Source: Phycisphaerales bacterium (GTDB lineage: Bacteria > Planctomycetota > Phycisphaerae > UBA1845). Taken from it: 64,000 nt of DNA. The DNA lies in assembly GCA_020852275.1 (NCBI GenBank), contig JADZBE010000013.1:200650-264649 (forward strand), in the 5' to 3' direction. A program made the translations under genes and the position numbers. Under the pieces are notes generated by a model. That model was not told the DNA's origin. It searched no databases and saw only the letters and a program-made list of their open reading frames with translations. Positions 24,998-34,084 of the stretch are shown here, piece after piece. The number at the start of each line of letters is the position of its first letter. Within the stretch, counting starts at the first letter, position 1.

Positions 24998-25162
24998 ATG
25001 TCCAAGGATCGACTTCAGCACATTCACGACGCTTACGATGTCATCGGGCTGACTCGGTGTCGCAGGCTATCGAAGACCTTTGCAAGGGAGCTCAACAGTG
25101 AGCTGCGTGCCACCTTCAGGAAGCTCGTGAAGGCGATTGAAGCGGAGGACGAGGCTCGTTGA
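24998..25162 (+). pseudogene. Remnant (C-terminal ~50 aa) of a second, divergent NTase paralog
   Basis: 54-codon ORF MSKDRLQHIHDAYDVIGLTRCRRLSKTFARELNSELRATFRKLVKAIEAEDEAR aligns end-to-end (about 50% identity by hand) with the last 50 aa of the 23687..24238 product. Confidence 0.6.
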
Positions 25163-25226
25163 TGTCGAGCCGGGCGTCGGCTGCGTCACTGGCACCCTCG
25201 ACAGGGCACTCCAAAGGAATGACATC

Positions 25227-25718
25227 ATGAATCGCGGAAAGGTTCTGTATGTCACTTCCGTCGCCATCGCGGCCACGGCCGGCTGCGGGGACTTGATCGA
25301 GGACGGTGGAACGCGAGTCGAGGAGCTTTTGTCAGTGCGGTGCATGATTCCCGACGATGACCCTACGCTTCAGGGGTACAGGGGATGGCTCGGGGATGGA
25401 GAGCGCTTCCATGATATCCCAACGGCTCAAGCGGTGATCCAGCAGGGGTGCGATGCCGGATCCTCGTTGATGGGAGTATGGAGTGTCGGCAATTGCTCCG
25501 GCGGGAAAGTCCGTTACATGGTGGAGGACAATGGCGGTCTGACATTCGCCACGCTCTACTATGACGCGGCCTGCGGGGAGTTTCTTGGGTATGAGTATTT
25601 CCGGGACGGCGGAACGTGCAATGGCTGGGTCGATGCGTGGCCCGATGTTGTGGTGTGTGACGACCCCCAGGATGAGTCCGAGGTCGGCTGTGCTCTGGAT
25701 CTGTTCGATGGATCGTAA
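25227..25718 (+). CDS. Putative Cys-rich lipoprotein, function unknown
   Basis: ORF 25137..25718; likely start ATG 25227 (MNRGKVLYVTSVAIAATAGC, lipobox-like). Visibly lower GC than flanks. Confidence 0.6.
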   Translation: MNRGKVLYVTSVAIAATAGCGDLIEDGGTRVEELLSVRCMIPDDDPTLQGYRGWLGDGERFHDIPTAQAVIQQGCDAGSSLMGVWSVGNCSGGKVRYMVEDNGGLTFATLYYDAACGEFLGYEYFRDGGTCNGWVDAWPDVVVCDDPQDESEVGCALDLFDGS

Positions 25719-25754
25719 ACGCAACTTCCCGACTGATTCGCGGCTGACAGCGAC

Positions 25755-27200
25755 GTGAACATGTCCAAGAACCGCCTGAAAGACATTCGCGATTCCTACG
25801 ACGTCATCGTCATCGGCTCAGGCCTGGCGGGGCTGACATGCGCCAATGTATTAGCGAAAGCGGGGCGCGGCGTGCTGCTGCTGGAGCAGCATTACAATTT
25901 CGGCGGCATGGCCACGTGGTTCCGCCGGCCCGGCGGACACATCTTCGACATTTCGCTGCACGGTTTTCCGATCGGTATGATCAAGAGCTGCCGGCGGTAC
26001 TGGACCGCGGAGATCGCTTCCAACATCCGCCAGCTCAAGGGCATCCGATTTGACAATCCGCAATTTCAGTTGGAGACGACCTTCGACCGGGCGGATTTCA
26101 CGCGCATTCTCACAACCCAATTCGGCGTGGCGCCGGAAACCGTTGAGCGGTTTTTTGACACGGCACGCGGCATGGACTTCTATGATGATCAGTCCATGAC
26201 CACGCGGCAGCTCTTCGAGCAGTTCTTCCCCGGGCGCACGGACGTCTGGCGGCTGCTGATGGAGCCGATCAACTATGCCAACGGCTCCACGCTCGACGAC
26301 CCGGCCATCAGCTATGGGATTGTGTTTTCCAATTTCATGAGCAAGGGCGTCTACATCTACCAGGGCGGGACGGACGACCTCATCTTCAAGATGAAGACCG
26401 AGCTGAAAGCCAATGGTGTGGATTTGCGGCAGCAGGTGCAGGTGGAGCGAATTCTGGTAGAGGGCGGGCGCGCGGCGGGCGTCGTGGCGGAGGGACGCAC
26501 GATTCACGCCGCCACCGTTGTTTCCAATGCCAACCTGAAGACGACGGTGCTCAAGCTTGTAGGACCGGACCACGTGGATCCCGACTACTATGATGAAGCC
26601 CGGCGCGTGCGCCTGGCCAACAGCAGTTGCCAGGTCTATATGTCCGTCCGCAAGGGCGAGTCGATTCCTCATATCGGCGACCTCCTCTTCACCTCGACCT
26701 GGCCGGAGTTTGATTTCCAGGCCATGTGCTCCAAAAACATCACCAGCCGCACCTTCTCACTGTATTATCCCGACACGCGCCCGGCCGCGCCGCCGCGGTA
26801 TGCCATTGTCTCCTCGACCAACGCCAACTGGCACGAATGGGCGGACCAGGACGAGGAAAGCTACAACCGCGACAAGCAGCGGCTCATCGACACCACGATC
26901 GACGCGCTCGAGAAGTACCTGCCGGACATCCGGGGCAAGATCGACCACGTCGAGGCCGCCACGCCGCGGACGTTCGCGCATTACACGCAGCACATGCTGG
27001 GCGCGACGTTCGGCACGAAGTTCGAGGGGCTGAAGGTCAGCATGGACTTGCCGAAACGCGTGCCGGGCCTCTTCCACACCGGGTCCGTCGGCATCATTAT
27101 GTCCGGCTGGCTGGGAACGATCAATTACGGCGTGATCGTAGCCAACGAGGTGGACGGATTTCTCAACGCGCGAGACGCCGAGCGGCGGGTCATGGTATAA
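25755..27200 (+). CDS. NAD(P)/FAD-dependent oxidoreductase, phytoene desaturase (CrtI)-like, copy 2
   Basis: [37 protein letters not shown] dinucleotide-binding N-terminus. 481 aa. Start GTG 25755 or ATG 25761. Confidence 0.9.
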   Translation: MNMSKNRLKDIRDSYDVIVIGSGLAGLTCANVLAKAGRGVLLLEQHYNFGGMATWFRRPGGHIFDISLHGFPIGMIKSCRRYWTAEIASNIRQLKGIRFDNPQFQLETTFDRADFTRILTTQFGVAPETVERFFDTARGMDFYDDQSMTTRQLFEQFFPGRTDVWRLLMEPINYANGSTLDDPAISYGIVFSNFMSKGVYIYQGGTDDLIFKMKTELKANGVDLRQQVQVERILVEGGRAAGVVAEGRTIHAATVVSNANLKTTVLKLVGPDHVDPDYYDEARRVRLANSSCQVYMSVRKGESIPHIGDLLFTSTWPEFDFQAMCSKNITSRTFSLYYPDTRPAAPPRYAIVSSTNANWHEWADQDEESYNRDKQRLIDTTIDALEKYLPDIRGKIDHVEAATPRTFAHYTQHMLGATFGTKFEGLKVSMDLPKRVPGLFHTGSVGIIMSGWLGTINYGVIVANEVDGFLNARDAERRVMV

Positions 27201-27276
27201 TGTGAACACGGGGTCCAAGGCGGCGGGAAGCTTATCAGCATCCGTGTTCGAACGAGTCTGTTGTGGGAGCCGGCTC

Positions 27277-27489
27277 ATGGTATATCAGGGAATCATCAGG
27301 AACGGCCGAGTGGAATTGGAACCGGGAGCGTCCATTCCAGATGGCACCTGCGTCGAGGTGCAACCTGTCGGCGCGTCGCGGGATCCGTTGGATGGGATCT
27401 GCGATGAAGCCGTAGATACAGGCATTACTGATCTGGCGGCGCAGCATGACCACTATCTTTACGGCGTTGCGAAACGGTCCGATTCATGA
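27277..27489 (+). CDS. Putative VapB-type antitoxin
   Basis: Internal ATG of ORF 27202..27489. MVYQGIIRNGRVELEPGASIPDGTCVEVQPV beta-rich N-terminus. ATGA overlap with the downstream PIN gene. Confidence 0.65.
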   Translation: MVYQGIIRNGRVELEPGASIPDGTCVEVQPVGASRDPLDGICDEAVDTGITDLAAQHDHYLYGVAKRSDS

Positions 27490-27899
27490 AGCCGCACGAA
27501 GTATTTGTGGATACTTCCGCACTGCTGGCTCTCGTGAACCGCTCAGACGCGCTTCACTCAGGCGCCAAGGCTGCCCATGACGACTTGCTTCGAGATGGCG
27601 TGACGTTCGTGAGCAGCGAATGGGTGCTCGCGGAGTTCTTGAACGGCTGTGCGCGTCAAGTGCTCAGGAGCGCGGCCATCCGTGTCGTCAACCGTATCCG
27701 CTCCTCGAATCGCGCCGTCGTGCTCTCGGCGTCGTACTCTACGTTTGACGCCGTGCTGGAGTTCCATTTTCGGCACCAGGACAAAGAGTGGTCTTTCGTG
27801 GATTGCTCGTCCATGATGGCTTGCCGCGAGCGGGGTCTTCAATCCGTGTTCGGGCACGATCGTCACTTTGCCCAATTCGGCCTGACACTCCTCTTGTGA
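27486..27899 (+). CDS. vapC: PIN domain toxin (VapC family)
   Basis: VFVDTSALLALVNRSD (first Asp), SEWVLAEF, FVDCSSM, GHDRHF motifs; 137 aa. Confidence 0.85.
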   Translation: MKPHEVFVDTSALLALVNRSDALHSGAKAAHDDLLRDGVTFVSSEWVLAEFLNGCARQVLRSAAIRVVNRIRSSNRAVVLSASYSTFDAVLEFHFRHQDKEWSFVDCSSMMACRERGLQSVFGHDRHFAQFGLTLLL

Positions 27900-27917
27900 A
27901 ATTGTGGTGAGCAAGAA

Positions 27918-28487
27918 ATGTCGAGAGATGGAATGGAACGACCGGTGTGGCTGGACATGCTTCCTCATCGCCCGCCATTCCTCTTTGTGGATGAGGTGAT
28001 CGAGTTCGGCATGGACGCGATCCAGACCGTCTTCCGCGCCGATCCGGCGAGCGCCTGGTTTACGGGCCACTTCCCCGGCGCGCCAGTGATGCCCGGCGTT
28101 CTGCTCTGCGAATGCTGCCTCCAGGCAGGCGCCGTGCTGATGGGATATCGCAGCCGCGAAATCAGAACCCGCAGCGCCAGCGAGGGCATCCCGATCTCTC
28201 ACGCCCATGAGACGCCGGGCGCGTCCAGGGACGCAGTCTTGGGGGCAACTCAAACCGCCGGCTCGACGGTTCCCGTCGTCACGCGCATCCTTGAAGCCAA
28301 GTTCAAGCGCGCCGTCCGCCCCGGCGACGTGCTGACCGTCGTGGCGTCGCTGGACGAGGAGATGGGCGGCGCGTTTTTCATGACCGGCAAGGTGACCGTT
28401 GGCGGCGAAACGGCGCTGCGCTGCAAATTCGCCGTGACGCAGGCGCACCTCACACAACTCCCGATTTCGGAGCGAAGTGCATCGTGA
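27918..28487 (+). CDS. FabZ/FabA-like 3-hydroxyacyl-ACP dehydratase (hotdog fold) with an internal insertion
   Basis: [34 protein letters not shown] (catalytic His region), [12 protein letters not shown]. About 30-40 extra residues between the central helix and the next strand. Confidence 0.8.
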   Translation: MSRDGMERPVWLDMLPHRPPFLFVDEVIEFGMDAIQTVFRADPASAWFTGHFPGAPVMPGVLLCECCLQAGAVLMGYRSREIRTRSASEGIPISHAHETPGASRDAVLGATQTAGSTVPVVTRILEAKFKRAVRPGDVLTVVASLDEEMGGAFFMTGKVTVGGETALRCKFAVTQAHLTQLPISERSAS

Positions 28488-29332
28488 GTTTCCTCAACCT
28501 CACCGGCAGGACCTTTCTCGTCCTCGGCGTCGCCAACCGCAAGAGCGTGGCGTATCACGTAGCCCGCCGGCTGGAGGAGCAAGGGGCGACGGTCCTTTAC
28601 AGCGTTCGCTCCGACGCGCGGCGCGACGGACTGCGGAAGCTGCTGCCGGACCGCGAAATATTCGTCTGTGACGTGCAGGAGCAAAAGCAGATCGACCGCC
28701 TCGCCGGGGAGATCGCGCATCGGCGCATCGCCCTCGACGGCTTCGTGCACTCCATCGCCTTCGCCAATTACGAGGGCTTCTCCGGCAAGTTCCACGAGGT
28801 CTCGCGCAAGGACTTCCTTCAGGCCGTGGATGTGACGTGCTACTCGCTGATTGCGCTGTCCAATGCACTGAAGCCCGTCCTCAGCAATGACGCCGGCGTG
28901 GTGACGATTTCCATCTCGACGACGCGCATGGCCGCCGAGCCTTACGGGTACATGGCTCCGGCGAAGGCGGCGCTGGACTCGGCGCTCTGCTTCCTGGCGA
29001 AGTCGTTCAGCCGCTTCTCGAATGTGCGGTTCAACGCCGTTCGCGCAGGGCTGCTGAAGACCAGCGCCTCCGCCGGCATCCCGGATTACCTCGATTACTA
29101 CCTCTACGCGGAGCAGGGGACCCTGCGCAAGCGGGCCGTGCGCACGGAGGAGGTCGCCGATGCGGTCCTGTTCCTCCTTTCCGAGCGGTCCAGCGGCATC
29201 AACGCGCAGGGCATTGTGGTGGACGGGGGCATGGAGGTGAACTACTTCGACGAGTCGATCGTCAAGGCCACGGTGGCGAAGGCCTGGCCCGCGGGTGAAG
29301 GCCCTTCACGAAGCGAGCCGGGCAACCCGTAG
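28484..29332 (+). CDS. fabI: Enoyl-[acyl-carrier-protein] reductase, FabI family (SDR)
   Basis: [35 protein letters not shown] (Y-x6-K). GTGA overlap with the FabZ-like gene. Confidence 0.8.
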   Translation: MSFLNLTGRTFLVLGVANRKSVAYHVARRLEEQGATVLYSVRSDARRDGLRKLLPDREIFVCDVQEQKQIDRLAGEIAHRRIALDGFVHSIAFANYEGFSGKFHEVSRKDFLQAVDVTCYSLIALSNALKPVLSNDAGVVTISISTTRMAAEPYGYMAPAKAALDSALCFLAKSFSRFSNVRFNAVRAGLLKTSASAGIPDYLDYYLYAEQGTLRKRAVRTEEVADAVLFLLSERSSGINAQGIVVDGGMEVNYFDESIVKATVAKAWPAGEGPSRSEPGNP

Positions 29333-29368
29333 CCAACATGGCGCGCTCAACGACGCACTCTACCGCCG

Positions 29369-31669
29369 CTACGTTGATGCGACAGGCGCAACGCCGCGGG
29401 CTGGAAGCCGGAGCGGAACGAGTTCGACATTCAGCGTGCCGGGCGCGTCGGCATGGAGCGCGGCCTCCCCGTCGTCATCCGCCGCGAATCCGGCGGAGAC
29501 CGGCGCCACCCGGATCGGCACGGACTTGAACGCCGGCGTGCGCGACAGAGGGTCGGCCGCGCGGGGGACGAGCACGTTGGCTTCCGGGTAGTACATCGCC
29601 GCGTTGCCGGCGCGAATCGCAAACGGTCGCACGCGCACCCGCATCACCCCCACGCCGCTGCGCACGGCGACGATCTGGTCAGCCCGCAGCCCGCGCGCGG
29701 CGATGTCGGCTTCGTTCATCAGAATCACGTCGCGCCGCTCCATGCCTCGATACAGGTCGTCCTCGTCGTACACGACGGTGTTGAATTGCCCTTCGCTGCG
29801 CAGGGTGATGAGGCGCAGCTCGCCGTCGTCCAGCGCGGGGTCGGGCAGCGGCGTCACATGAAACTTCGCCTTGCCGCTGGAGGTGGCGAACTTCGGCGCG
29901 TGAAAGGTGCGCCCCGCCACCTGAAACTCCCGGCCGGTCTCGTCGATGCGGGCGATGTCCTCGTAGCCGGGAATGATCCGCCCGATGGCCTGACGGATGG
30001 TGCGGTGCTCGAGCATCGACGCCCAGTCCACCGGTCCGTCGTCGCCGAGTACGGCGCGGGCGACGGCGGCAATGACCTCCACCTCCCCGCGCGGGCCGTC
30101 GAGGCGCGCCGGCCCGCCTTCGCTGAGGCGGACGTAGTTGAACATGGACTCCTGCGTGGTGGGCTGCGATTCCTCGTCGCGCGCCTTGACCGGCAGGATC
30201 AGCGTCTCCTTCGCCCTTCCCCATGCGTGACCGGTGTTCAGCGTCGTATTGAGGTACACCACGCTGTCGAGCCTGCGGAACGCGGCGGTGGTCCACTGCG
30301 AGTCGGGATTGCTGCCGAAGAGGTTGCCGCCGAGGCACCATGCGTGCTTCAGGTCTCCGCGCTGCACGGCTTCGAGGCAGGCCAGCGTGTCCATGCCGGG
30401 CTTAAGCGGCGCCTTCACGCCGAAATGGCTTTCCAGCCGGGCCAGCACGGCGTCCTTGAGCTTCGGCGTGACGCCGACGGAGCCGATGCCTTGCACGTTG
30501 CTGTGCCCGCGAATGGGCAGCAGGCCCGCGTGCGGCCGGCCCACCATGCCGCGCAGCATCGCGAGGTTGGCGATCGCGCGCACGTTGTCCACGCCGTGCA
30601 GGTGGTGCGTGATGCCCATCGTCCATGCGAATACCGAGGCCTGCGAGCGGGCATACATCCGCGCGGCGCGGTCGATGGTGTCGAAATCGACGCCGCTGTC
30701 GCGCTCGATGTGCTCCCATGATGTGCGGCGCGCGTGCTCGATGACCGCATGGAAACCCTCGGCGCAGGTGGAAACGAAGCCGTCGTGGACCGCGCCGATT
30801 TCGTCGATGCGCTTGGCGATGCCGACCAGCAGCGCGACGTCCCCGCCCGCATGGGGCTGAATATACAGGTCGGTGATCTTCGAGCCGAACAGCAGGCTGC
30901 GCCAATCCGACGGCACGCTGAAGTTGATCAGCCCTGTCTCGATCAGCGGATTGATCACGATGACTTGCCCGCCGCGCCGGCGAAGCTCGACAAGCTGGCG
31001 CATCAGCCGCGGATGGTTCGATGCCGGATTGCCGCCGATCAGAAACAGCAGATCACAGTGGCGAAGATCCTCCAGCTCGATCGTGGCCGTGCCGCTGCCG
31101 AACGCGCTGGACAGCCCCACGCCGCTCGCCTGGTGGCAGTAATACGAGCAGTTGTTGACGTTATTGGTTCCGTACACGCGGGCGAAGAGTTGGAGCAGGA
31201 AGCCGGCTTCGTTGGAGGATCGACCGCTGAAGTAGAAAAAGTTCTCGTCGGGCGAGGAGCGCTTGAGGTTGGCGGCACAGCGCTCGACGGCGTCGTCCCA
31301 GCCGATGGCGCGATAACGGTCGTCCTGCGGCCCCGCATACACGGGGCAGGCCAGCCGCCCCATGTGCTCCAGCTCGCGCGGTGAGAGGGCGCGCAGCTCG
31401 TCGAAGGTGAAGCGATCGAAGAAGCGCGGCTCGATCTGCCCCTGCATGTCGGCGGCCATGGCCTGCATGGACTTCTTGCAGACTTCCGGGAAGCGCCCGG
31501 ACTCATCGGTCATGCCGCCGAGTTGCCCGCCCATGCCGAGGGCGCAGGTCTTGCAGGCATTGCGCGTGCGCAGCGCCTGGTAGAGCTTGCGAAGTCCTCC
31601 GACGCGACGCGCCAGCCGCCACGCATAACGAATCGCCGGCCAGCCGCCGCCGGTGGTCACCTTGTTCAT
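29369..31669 (-). CDS. FdhF/YdeP family molybdopterin oxidoreductase
   Basis: N-terminus GGGWPAIRYAWRLA...NACKTCALGMGGQ is typical of the YdeP family. 766 aa molybdopterin-enzyme layout. Confidence 0.88.
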   Translation of the reverse strand: MNKVTTGGGWPAIRYAWRLARRVGGLRKLYQALRTRNACKTCALGMGGQLGGMTDESGRFPEVCKKSMQAMAADMQGQIEPRFFDRFTFDELRALSPRELEHMGRLACPVYAGPQDDRYRAIGWDDAVERCAANLKRSSPDENFFYFSGRSSNEAGFLLQLFARVYGTNNVNNCSYYCHQASGVGLSSAFGSGTATIELEDLRHCDLLFLIGGNPASNHPRLMRQLVELRRRGGQVIVINPLIETGLINFSVPSDWRSLLFGSKITDLYIQPHAGGDVALLVGIAKRIDEIGAVHDGFVSTCAEGFHAVIEHARRTSWEHIERDSGVDFDTIDRAARMYARSQASVFAWTMGITHHLHGVDNVRAIANLAMLRGMVGRPHAGLLPIRGHSNVQGIGSVGVTPKLKDAVLARLESHFGVKAPLKPGMDTLACLEAVQRGDLKHAWCLGGNLFGSNPDSQWTTAAFRRLDSVVYLNTTLNTGHAWGRAKETLILPVKARDEESQPTTQESMFNYVRLSEGGPARLDGPRGEVEVIAAVARAVLGDDGPVDWASMLEHRTIRQAIGRIIPGYEDIARIDETGREFQVAGRTFHAPKFATSSGKAKFHVTPLPDPALDDGELRLITLRSEGQFNTVVYDEDDLYRGMERRDVILMNEADIAARGLRADQIVAVRSGVGVMRVRVRPFAIRAGNAAMYYPEANVLVPRAADPLSRTPAFKSVPIRVAPVSAGFAADDDGEAALHADAPGTLNVELVPLRLPARGVAPVAST

Positions 31670-31893
31670 GCAGCCTCTCCAGCCCGTGTCCCGCGGATGT
31701 TACCGCGGTCAGGCGCTATACGGGATATCGGGCAACGGCGGGCCTTGCTTGGCTTCGAGTATCGCCGGCGGCGGATTCCCGTTTTTTTGACCGGCGAGCC
31801 AAGTCAGGGCGGGACGGCCTTTCTGGAATTTGGGCAGGCGTAAGCCCCGGTGGAACCGCAGAGCTGGCCACGATCGGAGCGAGAACTTCGCGG

Positions 31894-33003
31894 TCAAGGC
31901 GTCGGCGGCGGCGCGCCTCGGTTTCTCACATTCAGCTCCGTCGTCGTCCGACGGCGCAACTGCCCGCACGCCGCGTCGATGTCCAGGCCGCGGCTGCGGC
32001 GCATGTGCGTGTTCACGCCGGCCGCGCGAAGGGCGTCCATAAACCGCCCCGCGTCCTCCGGCGTCGGTCCCTTCCACGGCAGCCCTTGCACGGCGTTGTA
32101 ACGGATGAGGTTCACGTTGCTGCGCATCCGCTTCGCCACGCGGATCAGCTCCCGCGCGTGCGCCTCCTGATCGTTCACCCCGCCCAGCAGGATGTACTCC
32201 AGCGTGACTTCCCGCCCGGTCTGCGCGAAGTAGGCGTTCGCCGACTCCACCAAGTCCTCGATCCCGATGACTTCCGCCCACGGAATGATGCGGCGCCGCA
32301 ACTCGTCGTTCGGCGCGTGCAGCGAAATCGCCAGCGTGATCTGCAAGCCTTCCCCGGCCAGGCGGAGGATGTTCTTCGGGACGCCGACGGTGCTGACGGT
32401 GATCTTGCGCGCGCCGATGCCCATGCCCCACGGCGCGTTGATCGCCCGCACGGCCGCCACCGTCGCCTCGTAATTCGCCAGCGGCTCGCCCAGCCCCATG
32501 AAGACGATGTTCGACAGCCGCGCGTCCGGCTCGCACAACGCCCGGACGCGCATGGCCTGCTCAACGATCTCGCCGCTGGAAAGCTGCCGCTGCAACCCGC
32601 CGATGCCGCTGGCGCAGAAGACGCACTTCACCGGGCAGCCCACCTGCGTCGAGATGCAGGCGGTGCGGCGGTCCTCGTCGGGGATCAGGACGCACTCGCT
32701 GGTCGCCGCGTCGGGCCACTGCAGCAGCAGCTTGACCGTGCCGTCGCGTGATTCCTGCCGCGCGGCCACGGTGGACCGGTAGATCGGCAACTCCGCCGCC
32801 AGCTCCGCGCGCAGACGCTGCGGCAGGTTGGTCATCGCATCGTAGGACTCGGCGCCCTTTTGATAGACCCACTCGAAGAGCTGGGACGCGCGAAACGCGG
32901 GCTGTTTCAGCTCGGCGAGCCGAAGCTTGAGCGTCTCAGGGCACTGATCGAAGTACCCGAGGGGGGAGCTTTCAGCGAGCACCACGCCTTCGCGCCTGGT
33001 CAT
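31894..33003 (-). CDS. rlmN: 23S rRNA/tRNA (adenine-C2)-methyltransferase RlmN (radical SAM)
   Basis: Likely start ATG 33003. FRASQLFEWVY, CPVKCVFCASG radical-SAM cluster motif, MGLGEPLAN, CGQL. Confidence 0.93.
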   Translation of the reverse strand: MTRREGVVLAESSPLGYFDQCPETLKLRLAELKQPAFRASQLFEWVYQKGAESYDAMTNLPQRLRAELAAELPIYRSTVAARQESRDGTVKLLLQWPDAATSECVLIPDEDRRTACISTQVGCPVKCVFCASGIGGLQRQLSSGEIVEQAMRVRALCEPDARLSNIVFMGLGEPLANYEATVAAVRAINAPWGMGIGARKITVSTVGVPKNILRLAGEGLQITLAISLHAPNDELRRRIIPWAEVIGIEDLVESANAYFAQTGREVTLEYILLGGVNDQEAHARELIRVAKRMRSNVNLIRYNAVQGLPWKGPTPEDAGRFMDALRAAGVNTHMRRSRGLDIDAACGQLRRRTTTELNVRNRGAPPPTP

Positions 33004-33083
33004 GTCAGAACCGAGGTGGTCCACGTTGTTGAGGCCCGAGCAGGGACGCATGAAAAGGTCCAAAGCCCGCGTGCGAGGTGCGG

Positions 33084-33416
33084 TCAGCCGCTCAGCTCGA
33101 TGGGCACGCCATGCTGCTTGACATACGCCGCAAAGCTCCCGCGAGGAGCCGTCGCCAATGCCTCTGTCGAGAAGAGGTGGGTTTCAACGTCATAGCCGAC
33201 TTCGCGCATGACCCGTGCCATCACCTGGGCTCGGCGCTCCATATCCCAGGTTGCCGCCTCATCCATGAAGACGGCGACATCGATGTCGCTCCACTTATCA
33301 GAATGCCCGCTGACGTGCGATCCGAACAAGAACGCGGCGCGCACGGCGCCCAGGCCCGAGAGCACTTGCACGACGGATTCCGCCCGGCGCACCATGTCAG
33401 CATGGAAAGCAACCAC
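33084..33416 (-). CDS. Nucleotidyltransferase domain protein (MNT-type partner of HEPN)
   Basis: LFGSHVSGHSDKWSDIDVAVF (GS-x-n-D-x-D); 110 aa. Confidence 0.85.
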   Translation of the reverse strand: MVAFHADMVRRAESVVQVLSGLGAVRAAFLFGSHVSGHSDKWSDIDVAVFMDEAATWDMERRAQVMARVMREVGYDVETHLFSTEALATAPRGSFAAYVKQHGVPIELSG

Positions 33417-33775
33417 TGGGTGGTCTTGCCCGTCTCCTTCAGTACGCTCGTGGCTGAAGCTTCCGTCGCCGAGGACGACAACCGCTGAAGATCATCGGGG
33501 TAACGCGTCTGAATGTAAAAGCCCGTCAATCGCGACAAGAAAGTCAACCCGCATTCGTCGATGTCAATGCCGGCCTCTTCCGCCAACCTCGGCAAGTTGT
33601 GCAGCCGCGGCGGCATCTCGCCGGTCCGCTCCACAATCAAGGCCTTCAGCGCCTTTTCGACCGCCTGTTGACAGCAGAAGACTCCGTACAATTAGCGCCC
33701 CGAGCTGAGCATCGCGCCCGCGGTTTCCAGATCATAGCGCGCTTGTTCCGCCCATGGGCGGCTCGCTTCGTTCAT
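33221..33775 (-). pseudogene. HEPN domain gene interrupted by an in-frame TAA
   Basis: ATG 33775 gives MNEASRPWAEQARYDLETAGAMLSSGR, then TAA (33694-33692), then LYGVFCCQQAVEKALKALI...HNL...RYPD in the same frame (track ORF 33221..33691 starts at the TTG right after the stop). 3' end uncertain (196-nt overlap with MNT). Confidence 0.7.
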
Positions 33776-34084
33776 GCTCCTCCGCTCCCGCGGTCATTGA
33801 ACCCATTCCATGCCCCTGGAGCAAGAAACGTCGGGAAGACACCAGCTTGAATCGTTGCCCGGGCGCGGCATCGCGGCGACCGCGAGTCGCCGACATTATC
33901 GCCCCCCTTCCTTCTGACCAGGCAACTCCGCCTCAACCGCCCCGCTGCGCCGCTGCCCCCTGCGCGTCTGCCGAGGTCTGTCGCTGCCTGTCAGGGATCG
34001 CGCCTGCGCTGTCGAAAACTGTACCTCCCCGGCGATCCCCGCGCTCCACGAGCGAACTCCTCTATAATCGCGCTCGTCCGACGG

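Noticed and set aside
34063-34068. Perfect TATAAT upstream of the Yip1-like gene as a promoter -10
   Set aside because: No acceptable -35 (CGCGCT/GCGCTC at 16-18 nt spacing) and no extended -10 TG. Too weak to list as a feature.
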